From Flavobacteriaceae bacterium (GTDB lineage Bacteria > Bacteroidota > Bacteroidia > Flavobacteriales > Flavobacteriaceae), in the NCBI GenBank assembly GCA_030828565.1, contig JAURCF010000001.1, positions 1 to 52,860 on the forward strand: DNA of 52,860 bases, given 5' to 3'. The notes below the pieces were generated by a model, which was not told the DNA's origin, ran no database searches, and saw only the letters and a list, made by a program, of their open reading frames with translations. The position numbers were made by a program, and so were the translations under genes. This document shows positions 19,546 through 27,983 of the stretch, in pieces. The first letter of the stretch is position 1. Each line of letters opens with the position of its first letter.

Positions 19546-20586
19546 ATGAAACATTACAACAAAGTTTCAGGGAATGTCCTTGAGCTTATAGGCAACACCC
19601 CGCTTATTTGCCTTCCTTCTATCACAAAAAAATTTCCAGGCACTTATTATACAAAATTCGAAGCTTTCAATCCCGGCCATTCTACCAAAGACAGAATTGC
19701 TTTGTATATTATTGAAAAGGCCGAAGAAGCGGGTATTTTAAAACCAGGAGATACCATTATTGAAACTACTTCAGGGAATACGGGTTTTAGCTTGGCAATG
19801 GTCAGTGTTATTAAAGGATACGAATGTATTTTAGCATTGACCTCCAAATCATCTCCAGACAAAATAGACATGCTTCGCGCTATGGGAGCCAAAGTATATG
19901 TGTGTCCTGCTCATGTAAGCGCAGACGACCCACGATCCTATTATCAAGTAGCCAAGCGAATGCACGAGCAAATCAAAGGGTCGTTTTATATCAATCAATA
20001 TTTTAACACGCTCAATACAGAAGCACATTACACGACTACAGGTCCCGAAATTTGGGAACAAACTCAAGGAAAAATAACCCATTTGGTTGCCAGCAGTGGA
20101 ACCGGTGGAACGCTTTCGGGTGTGGGGCGTTATTTGAAAGAACAAAATCCAGCCATCAAAATCATTGGAGTGGATGCGTATGGATCGGTTTTGAAAAAGT
20201 TTCACGAAACCCAAGAATTTGATGAAAGTGAAATTTATCCGTATCGCATAGAAGGCTTGGGCAAAAATTTGATTCCAACCACTACCGATTTTGAGGTGAT
20301 TGACCACTTTGAAAAGGTAACCGATGAATCAAGTGCCCATTCGGCCCGAGAAATTGCCAAAAAAGAAGGATTGTTTGTGGGCTATACTTCTGGAGCTAAG
20401 CTTCAGGCGGTTAAGCAACTTTCTAAAAAGCAGTTTTTTGACAAAAACAGTCAGGTGGTAATGATTTTTTGCGAACACGGTTCGCGGTATATGAGTAAAA
20501 TTTATTCCGACACTTGGATGCGCAAACAAGGTTTTTTTGATAGTACCAACTTGGAAGAAGAAAAGTCCATAGAATTCATTAAGTAA
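19546..20586 (+). CDS. fold-type II PLP enzyme of the CysK/cystathionine beta-synthase family (no CBS-pair domains); candidate cysteate synthase
   Basis: PLP-lysine context [16 protein letters not shown], and the phosphate loop [10 protein letters not shown]. 346 aa. It lies directly upstream of an alpha-oxoamine synthase gene. Confidence 0.75.
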   Translation: MKHYNKVSGNVLELIGNTPLICLPSITKKFPGTYYTKFEAFNPGHSTKDRIALYIIEKAEEAGILKPGDTIIETTSGNTGFSLAMVSVIKGYECILALTSKSSPDKIDMLRAMGAKVYVCPAHVSADDPRSYYQVAKRMHEQIKGSFYINQYFNTLNTEAHYTTTGPEIWEQTQGKITHLVASSGTGGTLSGVGRYLKEQNPAIKIIGVDAYGSVLKKFHETQEFDESEIYPYRIEGLGKNLIPTTTDFEVIDHFEKVTDESSAHSAREIAKKEGLFVGYTSGAKLQAVKQLSKKQFFDKNSQVVMIFCEHGSRYMSKIYSDTWMRKQGFFDSTNLEEEKSIEFIK

Positions 20587-20625
20587 CCCCATTTTGACAC
20601 CTATTTTCAATATTGAAAGCCACCT

Positions 20626-21876
20626 ATGATGCAAGATTTATTTGATAAAATAAAAAATGACAAAGGCCCTTTAGGAAAGTGGGCAGCTGTAGCCGAAGGA
20701 TACTATGTGTTTCCAAAATTAGAAGGCCCTATTTCACACAGAATGCATTTTAGAGGTCAGGAAGTGATTGTATGGAGCGTAAACGATTATTTGGGATTGG
20801 CCAACCATCCTGAAGTTCGCAAAGCCGACACTACGGCCGCCTCAAAATACGGTTCGGCTTATCCTATAGGAGCCCGAATGATGTCGGGACATACCGATTT
20901 GCACGAACAACTCGAACAAGAACTGGCTGCATTTTCCCAAAAAGAGGCTGCATACGTTCTCAATTTTGGATATCAGGGCGTACTCTCTATTATCGATACC
21001 TTGGTCAACAAGCACGATGTAATTGTCTACGATGTGGATGCACACGCTTGTATTGTGGATGGAGTCCGACTGCATGTTGGAAAACGATTTACCTTTCGTC
21101 ATAACTATATTAAAAGCTTGGAAAAAAATCTCCAACGCGCTACTCGGACTGCAGAACAGTCGGGTGGAGGGATTTTGGTAATTTCTGAAGGTGTTTTTGG
21201 AATGCGCGGTGAACAAGGCAAACTCAAAGAAATTGTGGCTCTTAAAAAGAAATTCAACTTTCGATTGATGGTCGATGATGCTCACGGTTTTGGAACACTA
21301 GGCAACACTGGGGCTGGGGCAGGAGAGGAGCAAGGGGTGCAAAAGGACATTGACGTGTATTTTGCCACTTTTGCTAAGGCCATGGCCAGTACAGGTGCCT
21401 TTGTGTCTGGAGATAATGAAATTATAGAATACCTCAAATACAACATACGATCCCAAATGTTTGCCAAGTCCTTGCAAATGCAGTTGGTAAGCGGTGCTTT
21501 AAAACGTCTGGAACTCCTTCGTAACCATCCCGAACTGCGAACACAGTTGTGGAAAAACGTAAAAGCCTTGCAAAGCGGCCTTCAGACCCAAGGTTTTGAT
21601 ATAGGCACCACGCAAAGTTATGTGACTCCTGTATATTTAAAAGGAAGTATTCCCGAGGCGTTGGTGTTGGTTAAAGATTTGCGGGAAAATCACCGCATAT
21701 TTTGCTCCATTGTGGTGTATCCTGTAATTCCAAAAGGTTTGATTTTGCTAAGGCTCATTCCTACCGCTTCGCACACAACCCAAGACATTGACGAAACCCT
21801 TTTGGCCTTTTCAACCGTTCGAGAACGATTGATTGCGGGAGTTTACAAACGAATGTCTGAGGGGGTTGGGGTGTGA
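20626..21876 (+). CDS. PLP-dependent alpha-oxoamine synthase family (Kbl/BioF/Spt-like); candidate cysteate- or serine-C-fatty-acyltransferase
   Basis: 416 aa with VNDYLGL, DDAHGFGTLG and the PLP-lysine context TFAKAMAS. There are no bio or tdh genes nearby. Confidence 0.75.
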   Translation: MMQDLFDKIKNDKGPLGKWAAVAEGYYVFPKLEGPISHRMHFRGQEVIVWSVNDYLGLANHPEVRKADTTAASKYGSAYPIGARMMSGHTDLHEQLEQELAAFSQKEAAYVLNFGYQGVLSIIDTLVNKHDVIVYDVDAHACIVDGVRLHVGKRFTFRHNYIKSLEKNLQRATRTAEQSGGGILVISEGVFGMRGEQGKLKEIVALKKKFNFRLMVDDAHGFGTLGNTGAGAGEEQGVQKDIDVYFATFAKAMASTGAFVSGDNEIIEYLKYNIRSQMFAKSLQMQLVSGALKRLELLRNHPELRTQLWKNVKALQSGLQTQGFDIGTTQSYVTPVYLKGSIPEALVLVKDLRENHRIFCSIVVYPVIPKGLILLRLIPTASHTTQDIDETLLAFSTVRERLIAGVYKRMSEGVGV

Positions 21877-21901
21877 ATTAAATTGTACAATTTCCCCAAC
21901 C
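21864..21901 (+). terminator. GC-rich hairpin spanning the stop codon of the preceding gene (possible terminator or attenuator element)
   Basis: GGTTGGGG (21864-21871) pairs perfectly with CCCCAACC (21894-21901). The loop holds the perfect 12-nt palindrome AATTGTACAATT (21881-21892). No U-tract follows, so terminator function is uncertain. Confidence 0.3.
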
Positions 21902-21985
21902 TCAATCATCAAAAGTTTTGCAATAAGCACTGTTTAATCATTCATTTTCAAAAAAAGATGTATTTTTGCGGCAAAACCCAGCGTG

Positions 21986-22525
21986 ATGAGCCAAAAAGTT
22001 TTACTAAACGCTACCGAAATTACGATCATTCTCAATCGGTTGGCTTGTCAGTTGATAGAATCACACCAAGATTTTTCGAACACCGTATTGGTAGGTCTTC
22101 AGCCACGAGGCATTTTTGTAGCCAAACGTTTGGCGGCTTTGCTTACCGAAGAATACGGTATCAAAAACTTGCAGTTGGGATATTTGGACATCACTTTTTT
22201 TAGAGACGATTTCCGCAGAGGCGATAAAGTTCTAAACGCCAATAAAAACGAAATGGATATTGCTGTGGAAGACAAAAAAGTAGTCCTTATTGATGATGTA
22301 CTATATACCGGACGCAGTATTCGAGCGGCGCTTACTGCCATTCAATCGTATGGACGACCGTCAGAAATACAACTTTTAACACTGATCGACCGCCGATTTT
22401 CAAGACACTTGCCCATTCAACCCGATTACCGAGGGCGACAAGTTGATGTCATTAAAAACGAAAAGGTCATTGTTTCTTGGAAAGAAAACGAAGGTGAAGA
22501 CGCAATATACATGGTAAACAAATAA
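21986..22525 (+). CDS. pyrR: bifunctional pyrimidine regulatory protein / uracil phosphoribosyltransferase
   Basis: PRPP-binding motif VVLIDDVLYTGRSIRAAL and a PyrR-like N-terminus. It lies immediately upstream of pyrB. I prefer the ATG at 21986 over the GTG at 21983. Confidence 0.9.
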   Translation: MSQKVLLNATEITIILNRLACQLIESHQDFSNTVLVGLQPRGIFVAKRLAALLTEEYGIKNLQLGYLDITFFRDDFRRGDKVLNANKNEMDIAVEDKKVVLIDDVLYTGRSIRAALTAIQSYGRPSEIQLLTLIDRRFSRHLPIQPDYRGRQVDVIKNEKVIVSWKENEGEDAIYMVNK

Positions 22526-22529
22526 TTCA

Positions 22530-23456
22530 ATGAGCCAACTCAGTGTAAAACATCTTTTAGGAATTAAATACCTGCAACCTGCAGACATTGAATTGATTTT
22601 TGAAACTGCCGATCATTTTAAGGAGGTTATCAATCGTACCATCAAAAAAGTTCCTTCGCTTCGCGATGTTACCATTGCCAATTTGTTTTTTGAAAACAGC
22701 ACACGGACCAAATTGTCCTTTGAATTGGCTCAAAAGCGACTTTCCGCCGATGTAGTCAACTTTTCAGTAGGTCAGTCTTCTGTCAAAAAAGGCGAAACGC
22801 TTATTGATACGGTCAATAACATCCTATCCATGAAAGTCGATATGGTAGTCATGCGCCATCCCAACCCAGGAGCCAGTGTGTTTTTGGCAAACAACGTGGA
22901 TTCGTGTATTATCAATGCCGGAGACGGAACTCATGAACACCCAACACAAGCCTTGCTCGATGCCTATTCAATTCGAGAACGTTTGGGAGATGTAGCCGGA
23001 AAAAAAGTAGTGATTGTTGGGGATATACTGCACTCTCGTGTGGCGCTTTCCAACATCTTTGCTCTCCAAAAATTGGGTGCTGAAGTAAAAGTTTGCGGCC
23101 CCAAATCGTTATTGCCCAAACACATTGAAGCTATAGGAGTAGGTGTAGAGACCGATTTGCATAAGGCTCTCAATTGGTGCGATGTAGCCAATATGCTTCG
23201 CGTTCAAAACGAACGAATGGACGCCAGTTATTTTCCTTCAACCCGAGAATATTCGCAACAATTTGGAATTAATATGCCCCTATTAGAAACCCTCGACAAA
23301 CAAATTGTCATTATGCATCCAGGACCGATCAATCGCGGTGTAGAAATTACCAGCGATGTGGCAGATTCCGATCATGCCATCATTTTAGATCAGGTTGAAA
23401 ACGGTGTGGCCATTCGTATGGCAGTTATGTATTTATTAGCCTCAAAAATTCAATAA
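22530..23456 (+). CDS. pyrB: aspartate carbamoyltransferase catalytic subunit
   Basis: Motifs NSTRTKLSFE, HEHPTQALLD and MHPGPINRGVE. 308 aa. Confidence 0.95.
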   Translation: MSQLSVKHLLGIKYLQPADIELIFETADHFKEVINRTIKKVPSLRDVTIANLFFENSTRTKLSFELAQKRLSADVVNFSVGQSSVKKGETLIDTVNNILSMKVDMVVMRHPNPGASVFLANNVDSCIINAGDGTHEHPTQALLDAYSIRERLGDVAGKKVVIVGDILHSRVALSNIFALQKLGAEVKVCGPKSLLPKHIEAIGVGVETDLHKALNWCDVANMLRVQNERMDASYFPSTREYSQQFGINMPLLETLDKQIVIMHPGPINRGVEITSDVADSDHAIILDQVENGVAIRMAVMYLLASKIQ

Positions 23457-23457
23457 T

Positions 23458-23802
23458 ATGATTGTAGAAAATAAAGACATTGCTACGATTGTGGTTCAAG
23501 AAAAAACGGACGGACGTCTGTATGACTTTCGAATAAAATTCAAAAAAGCTTACAAAGATTTTAATACCCAAAATATTGTTCTTGATATGTCCAAAATCAG
23601 TCGCATTGCGCTGAAAGATGTGATGGAATTTCAAGAAATTTCAGATATTCATAAAAAATTGTCTAAAAAGTCTTTTGTGATTGCCGTTGGTGTTCATCCT
23701 ACTTTTAAGTTGCCTGAAAGCATTGTGTGTGCTCCTACACTACAGGAAGCCTTGGATTTGGTGGAAATGGAAGAAATTGAACGGGATTTGGGATTTTTGT
23801 AA
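23458..23802 (+). CDS. hypothetical 114-aa protein, weak STAS-like resemblance
   Basis: Starts 1 nt after the pyrB stop. The NIVLDMSKISRIALKDVMEF...SFVIAV...APTLQEALDLVEMEEIERDL pattern loosely resembles STAS/anti-sigma-antagonist folds. The family call is weak. Confidence 0.4.
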   Translation: MIVENKDIATIVVQEKTDGRLYDFRIKFKKAYKDFNTQNIVLDMSKISRIALKDVMEFQEISDIHKKLSKKSFVIAVGVHPTFKLPESIVCAPTLQEALDLVEMEEIERDLGFL

Positions 23803-23828
23803 TACATTAGGTGATGTAATATGCATTC

Positions 23829-24734
23829 ATGAGACTTACCATTTTAGGTTGTTTTTCGGCAACTCCACATTCCAACAAAAATCCAACAGCTCAATTGCTA
23901 GAAATGAGGGGTCACCACTTTTTAATTGATTGTGGCGAAGGTACTCAGGTGCAAATTCGAAAAGCAAAAGCCAAATTTTCGGAAATCAAACATATTTTCA
24001 TTTCCCATTTGCACGGCGACCATTTTTTTGGATTGGCGGGTTTGATTTCGTCGTTTCGACTTTTAGGAAGAGAATCTCCCTTACATGTTTACGGGCCTAA
24101 AGGCATTAAAGAAGCCATTACCCTGTTGCTCAAATTGGGAAATTCCTGGACCAATTATCCATTGCATTTCCACGAATTGACCTCCACCGAATCGGAAGTT
24201 GTTTTTGAGGACGACAAGCTATCTGTGAAAACCATTCCTTTAGATCACCGAGTTTATACCAATGGGTTTTTGTTTGTGGAAAAAGAAAAACCACGAAAAC
24301 TAAACCCCAAAGCCGTGGAAGCCTTCGGAATTGATAAAAGTCAATACCACAATATCAAACAAGGCAAAGACGGCACCACCACTTTGGGAAAACCGATACC
24401 CAATACGCAACTTACTTTCGATCCTGAACCACCCAAAAAGTATGCCTATTGCAGCGATACGGCCTACTTTCCGTCCATAGTTCCTTTAATTGATCGGGCG
24501 ACAGTATTGTATCACGAATCTACCTTTTTGGAAAGTCATAACGAATTGGCTACAAAAACCAAGCACGCTACTGCCAAACAGGCAGCTTCCATTGCGCAAC
24601 AAGCCCAAGTGGGTACGCTCATTTTGGGACATTATTCGTCCCGTTATAAAAACTTGGAGGATTTTATTACCGAAGCTTCTAAGGTATTTGAGAATGTACA
24701 ATTGGGGGAAGACGGTAAGGTTTTTTCGTTTTAA
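23829..24734 (+). CDS. rnz: ribonuclease Z (metallo-beta-lactamase fold)
   Basis: HLHGDHFFGLAGLISS (HxHxDH motif) and a C-terminal ILGHYSSRY histidine. 301 aa. Confidence 0.9.
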   Translation: MRLTILGCFSATPHSNKNPTAQLLEMRGHHFLIDCGEGTQVQIRKAKAKFSEIKHIFISHLHGDHFFGLAGLISSFRLLGRESPLHVYGPKGIKEAITLLLKLGNSWTNYPLHFHELTSTESEVVFEDDKLSVKTIPLDHRVYTNGFLFVEKEKPRKLNPKAVEAFGIDKSQYHNIKQGKDGTTTLGKPIPNTQLTFDPEPPKKYAYCSDTAYFPSIVPLIDRATVLYHESTFLESHNELATKTKHATAKQAASIAQQAQVGTLILGHYSSRYKNLEDFITEASKVFENVQLGEDGKVFSF

Positions 24735-24778
24735 TTCCGTTCCAAAATACGTAACTTGCAGGTTCAAATACATTCGCT

Positions 24779-25423
24779 ATGAATCGAGATTTAAGTGATT
24801 ATCGAAAAAGCTACGAACAGCAAGCTCTTTCTGAGAATACGATGCCAACTCATCCTGTTGAATTTTTTGAACAATGGTTCAAAGAAGTTCAAAGCGAAGG
24901 GAGTATTGAAGAAGTAAACGCAATGACACTTGCCACGGTCAATTCCCAAGCCCAACCTCAGGCACGTATTGTTTTGCTAAAAAGCTTTTCAAAAGAAGGA
25001 TTTGTGTTTTACACCAATTACGACAGCGACAAAGGACGTTCTATGGAGTCAAATCAAGCGGTAAGCCTGTCCTTTTTTTGGCCCAATTTGGAGCGACAAG
25101 TGATTGTTTTAGGAACGGTTTCTAAAGTTTCTCCAGCTGTTTCGGACGCTTATTTTGCTTCGCGTCCCAAGGGCAGTCAACTCGGCGCATGGGTTTCTCA
25201 GCAAAGCCAAGTAATTGCTTCGTCTCAACAACTTCAAGACCGATTGGAAGCCTTGAAAAAAGAATACGAAAATAAGCCAATCATTCGTCCTAATCATTGG
25301 GGAGGTTATGTTGTGGTTCCAAAAAGTATCGAGTTTTGGCAAGGTCGTCCCAATCGTTTGCACGATCGAGTGCGTTACCGCATTGAAAACAAAAATTGGA
25401 TCAAAGAACGTTTGTCGCCATGA
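24779..25423 (+). CDS. pdxH: pyridoxamine 5'-phosphate oxidase
   Basis: RIVLLKSFSKEGFVFYTNYDSDKG, SRPKGSQLGAWVSQQS and IEFWQGRPNRLHDR are PdxH hallmarks. 214 aa. Confidence 0.95.
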   Translation: MNRDLSDYRKSYEQQALSENTMPTHPVEFFEQWFKEVQSEGSIEEVNAMTLATVNSQAQPQARIVLLKSFSKEGFVFYTNYDSDKGRSMESNQAVSLSFFWPNLERQVIVLGTVSKVSPAVSDAYFASRPKGSQLGAWVSQQSQVIASSQQLQDRLEALKKEYENKPIIRPNHWGGYVVVPKSIEFWQGRPNRLHDRVRYRIENKNWIKERLSP

Positions 25424-25902
25424 AAAAATTAATTTTGGTACGTCATGCAAAATCGTCCTGGGAAGGAAATTACTCAGACAGAGAGCGTCCTATAAAACCC
25501 AGAGGAATTCGGGATGCGTTTTTGACGGCTAATACATTAAAAAACAAAGCATTTTCTTTTGACGCAGTCTATACCAGTCCTGCCAAGCGGGCATTCGAAA
25601 CAGCGTTGATTTTTATGGAAGTATTGAAACGTGATTATGATGCGTTACTGACGGAAGAAGCCTTGTACGATTTTGACGGACGCAGTCTCAAAGCGTTTAT
25701 TTGTTCTTTGCCCGATCATCTAGAAATAGTGCTTGTTTTTGGTCACAACCATGCCCTTACTTCACTTGCCAATCATTGGGGAGGGTTTGTAACCGATAAT
25801 GTTCCTACAGCGGGAATTGTAATTCTTGATTTTGATGTATCTTTGTGGTCAACTATAGAATCTGCAAACACTCAATGCTTATTTCCAAAACAGTTCCGTT
25901 AA
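25420..25902 (+). CDS. sixA: SixA-type histidine phosphatase family protein
   Basis: MKKLILVRHAKSSW (RHA/G catalytic motif) and VFGHNH (second His). About 160 aa. The ATG at 25420 overlaps the pdxH TGA (ATGA), which I prefer over the upstream in-frame ATG at 25396 used by the track. Confidence 0.75.
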   Translation: MKKLILVRHAKSSWEGNYSDRERPIKPRGIRDAFLTANTLKNKAFSFDAVYTSPAKRAFETALIFMEVLKRDYDALLTEEALYDFDGRSLKAFICSLPDHLEIVLVFGHNHALTSLANHWGGFVTDNVPTAGIVILDFDVSLWSTIESANTQCLFPKQFR

Positions 25903-27983
25903 CGTCCCATACACCTCGCTTTGTAAATCGTGAAATCAGTTGGTTGGATTTTAATGCCCGCGTGCTTCAAGAAGCACAAGACGATGGTGTCCCGCTCATT
26001 GAAAGACTCCGTTTTATAGGGATTTTTTCTAACAATCTGGATGAATTTTACAAGGTGCGTTATGCTACGGTAAAACGCATTGCTTTGAGTGAAAAATCGG
26101 GACGAAAAGCTTTTGGTGGTCAAACCGCTCAAGATTTATTGAATGAAATTACTCAAAAAACAATCGAGCTTCAAAACGAGAGTCTGAAAACCTTAGAGTC
26201 GATCCAAACGCTTTTAAGAAAAGAAAAAGTGTTTTTTATCAATGAAAATCAAATTACTTCCAAACAAGCTGACTTTTTGCACGAATATTTTATTCACACT
26301 ATCAGTCCTGCACTTTCAACAATTGTTTTGGACAATAGCAATCAGTTTCCACATTTGAAAGATCGACTTGCTTTTTTAGCCATTCGTATGGAAATTGCTC
26401 AAGAACATAAACAAACACTTCAGTATGCGTTGATAGAAATTCCAGAAACCATCAGTCGGTTTGTAGTGTTGCCCTCCGAAGACGATTCCCAACAAGTAAT
26501 GCTTATTGATGATGTAATTCGATTTCATTTGGATTCGATTTTTAGTATTTTCAATTACCAACACATTGATGCTCATATGATTAAAATCACTCGCGATGCC
26601 GAATTGGATATTGATGATGATTTGAGTAAGAGTTATGTAGAAAAGATTTCAGAAAGCGTAAAAGATCGCCTGGACGGTGATCCTGTGCGTTTTGTGTACG
26701 ATGAGGAAATTAATAAAGAAACGTTGCATTTTTTATTGTCCAAAATGGGAGTCAATCCCAATACCGACAGCCTGATTCCTGGTGGAAGGTATCACAATCG
26801 ACGAGATTATGTGGGTTTTCCAAGTTTGGGAAGAAAAGAATTGTTGTATCCTACCATTGAACCCCTGTCTATTGATGGATTGAGTTTGGAGGATCGATTG
26901 TTTGAACGGATTTTACACAAAGATTTTTTACAATACACGCCCTATCATACGTTTTCGTATGTGGTTAAGTTTCTGCAAGAAGCTGCTTTGGATCCCAAGG
27001 TCAAACATATTTACATTACCATTTATCGTCTTTCAAAAATCTCTAATGTTGCCAATGCGCTTATCAATGCTGCAAAATCGGGTAAAAAGGTCACAGTTCA
27101 AATCGAGTTGCAAGCTCGATTTGATGAGCGCGCCAACATTCGCTATGCAGAACAAATGAAAGCCGAGGGTGTGCAATTGGTTTTTGGAATTACCGGCCTA
27201 AAAGTTCACAGCAAAGTATGTGTGGTAGAGCGATTGGAAAATAAGAAAATAAAACGATACGGCTTTATCAGTACTGGAAACTTTAATGAATCAACAGCAC
27301 GAATTTATACCGATTACACCTTGTTTACCGCCAATCAATCCATTTTGAAGGAAGTAGCTAATGTGTTTCAGTTTTTTAAGACGCCCTACAAAAATTACAA
27401 ATACAAACACTTAATTGTGTCTCCTCATAGTACAGAAAAGGAGTTTAAAAAACTGATACAGCAAGAGGTTGATAATGCTTCTCAAGGAAAACCGGCTTCC
27501 ATTCGTATTAAGCTTAATAACTTAACCAGTTATAAAATGATAGAAGCACTTTACGTAGCGAGTCAAGCAGGTGTAAAAATACAAATGATTGTCCGTGGCG
27601 TATGTTGTTTGATCCCTAAAGTGAAAGGAATGAGCGAAAACATTGAGGTTATTAGTGTGGTAGACAAGTATTTGGAACACACACGGCTTCTTATTTTTGA
27701 AAACAATGGCAATCCCCAGGTATTTATTTCATCTGCCGATTGGATGACTCGTAATATTGAAAATAGAGTAGAGGTGTCGTGCCCTATATACGATGCAAGC
27801 TGTAAGCAAGAATTGATAGATACGTTTTCTATTTGTTGGTCTGAAACGGTCAAAGCACGCCAGATCAATACAGGAAACACCAATCAATATCGTGCGCAAC
27901 AACATTCAGAAGTACGCTCTCAATTTGCTACCTATGATTATTACCAAAAACGAATGTTACACTCAAATCCCGATGCCTCTTGA
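25875..27983 (+). CDS. ppk: polyphosphate kinase 1
   Basis: N-terminal FVNREISWLDFNARVLQEA, PLD-like LKVHSKVCVV and YLEHTRLLIFEN. About 700 aa. Every candidate start (ATG 25875, TTG 25845) lies inside the sixA coding region. Confidence 0.93.
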   Translation: MLISKTVPLTSHTPRFVNREISWLDFNARVLQEAQDDGVPLIERLRFIGIFSNNLDEFYKVRYATVKRIALSEKSGRKAFGGQTAQDLLNEITQKTIELQNESLKTLESIQTLLRKEKVFFINENQITSKQADFLHEYFIHTISPALSTIVLDNSNQFPHLKDRLAFLAIRMEIAQEHKQTLQYALIEIPETISRFVVLPSEDDSQQVMLIDDVIRFHLDSIFSIFNYQHIDAHMIKITRDAELDIDDDLSKSYVEKISESVKDRLDGDPVRFVYDEEINKETLHFLLSKMGVNPNTDSLIPGGRYHNRRDYVGFPSLGRKELLYPTIEPLSIDGLSLEDRLFERILHKDFLQYTPYHTFSYVVKFLQEAALDPKVKHIYITIYRLSKISNVANALINAAKSGKKVTVQIELQARFDERANIRYAEQMKAEGVQLVFGITGLKVHSKVCVVERLENKKIKRYGFISTGNFNESTARIYTDYTLFTANQSILKEVANVFQFFKTPYKNYKYKHLIVSPHSTEKEFKKLIQQEVDNASQGKPASIRIKLNNLTSYKMIEALYVASQAGVKIQMIVRGVCCLIPKVKGMSENIEVISVVDKYLEHTRLLIFENNGNPQVFISSADWMTRNIENRVEVSCPIYDASCKQELIDTFSICWSETVKARQINTGNTNQYRAQQHSEVRSQFATYDYYQKRMLHSNPDAS

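Noticed and set aside
19849-20307. Long antisense ORFs inside confident genes (this 152-aa one; also 20842-21285, 39447-39953, 40287-40685, 42463-42906 and many 60-110-aa ones)
   Set aside because: All lie opposite strongly motif-supported CDSs and have no recognisable domains. They are typical of shadow frames in AT-rich genomes.
21877-21985. PyrR-binding attenuator in the pyrR leader
   Set aside because: I could not find the purine-UCCAGAGAGG-type loop known from Bacillus pyr attenuators, nor a terminator/antiterminator pair. Only the upstream GC hairpin is present, and it is reported separately.
21883-22203. 106-aa plus-strand ORF upstream of and overlapping pyrR
   Set aside because: It overlaps the well-supported pyrR frame (21986-22525) in another frame. 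Its sequence is basic and low-complexity with no family resemblance.
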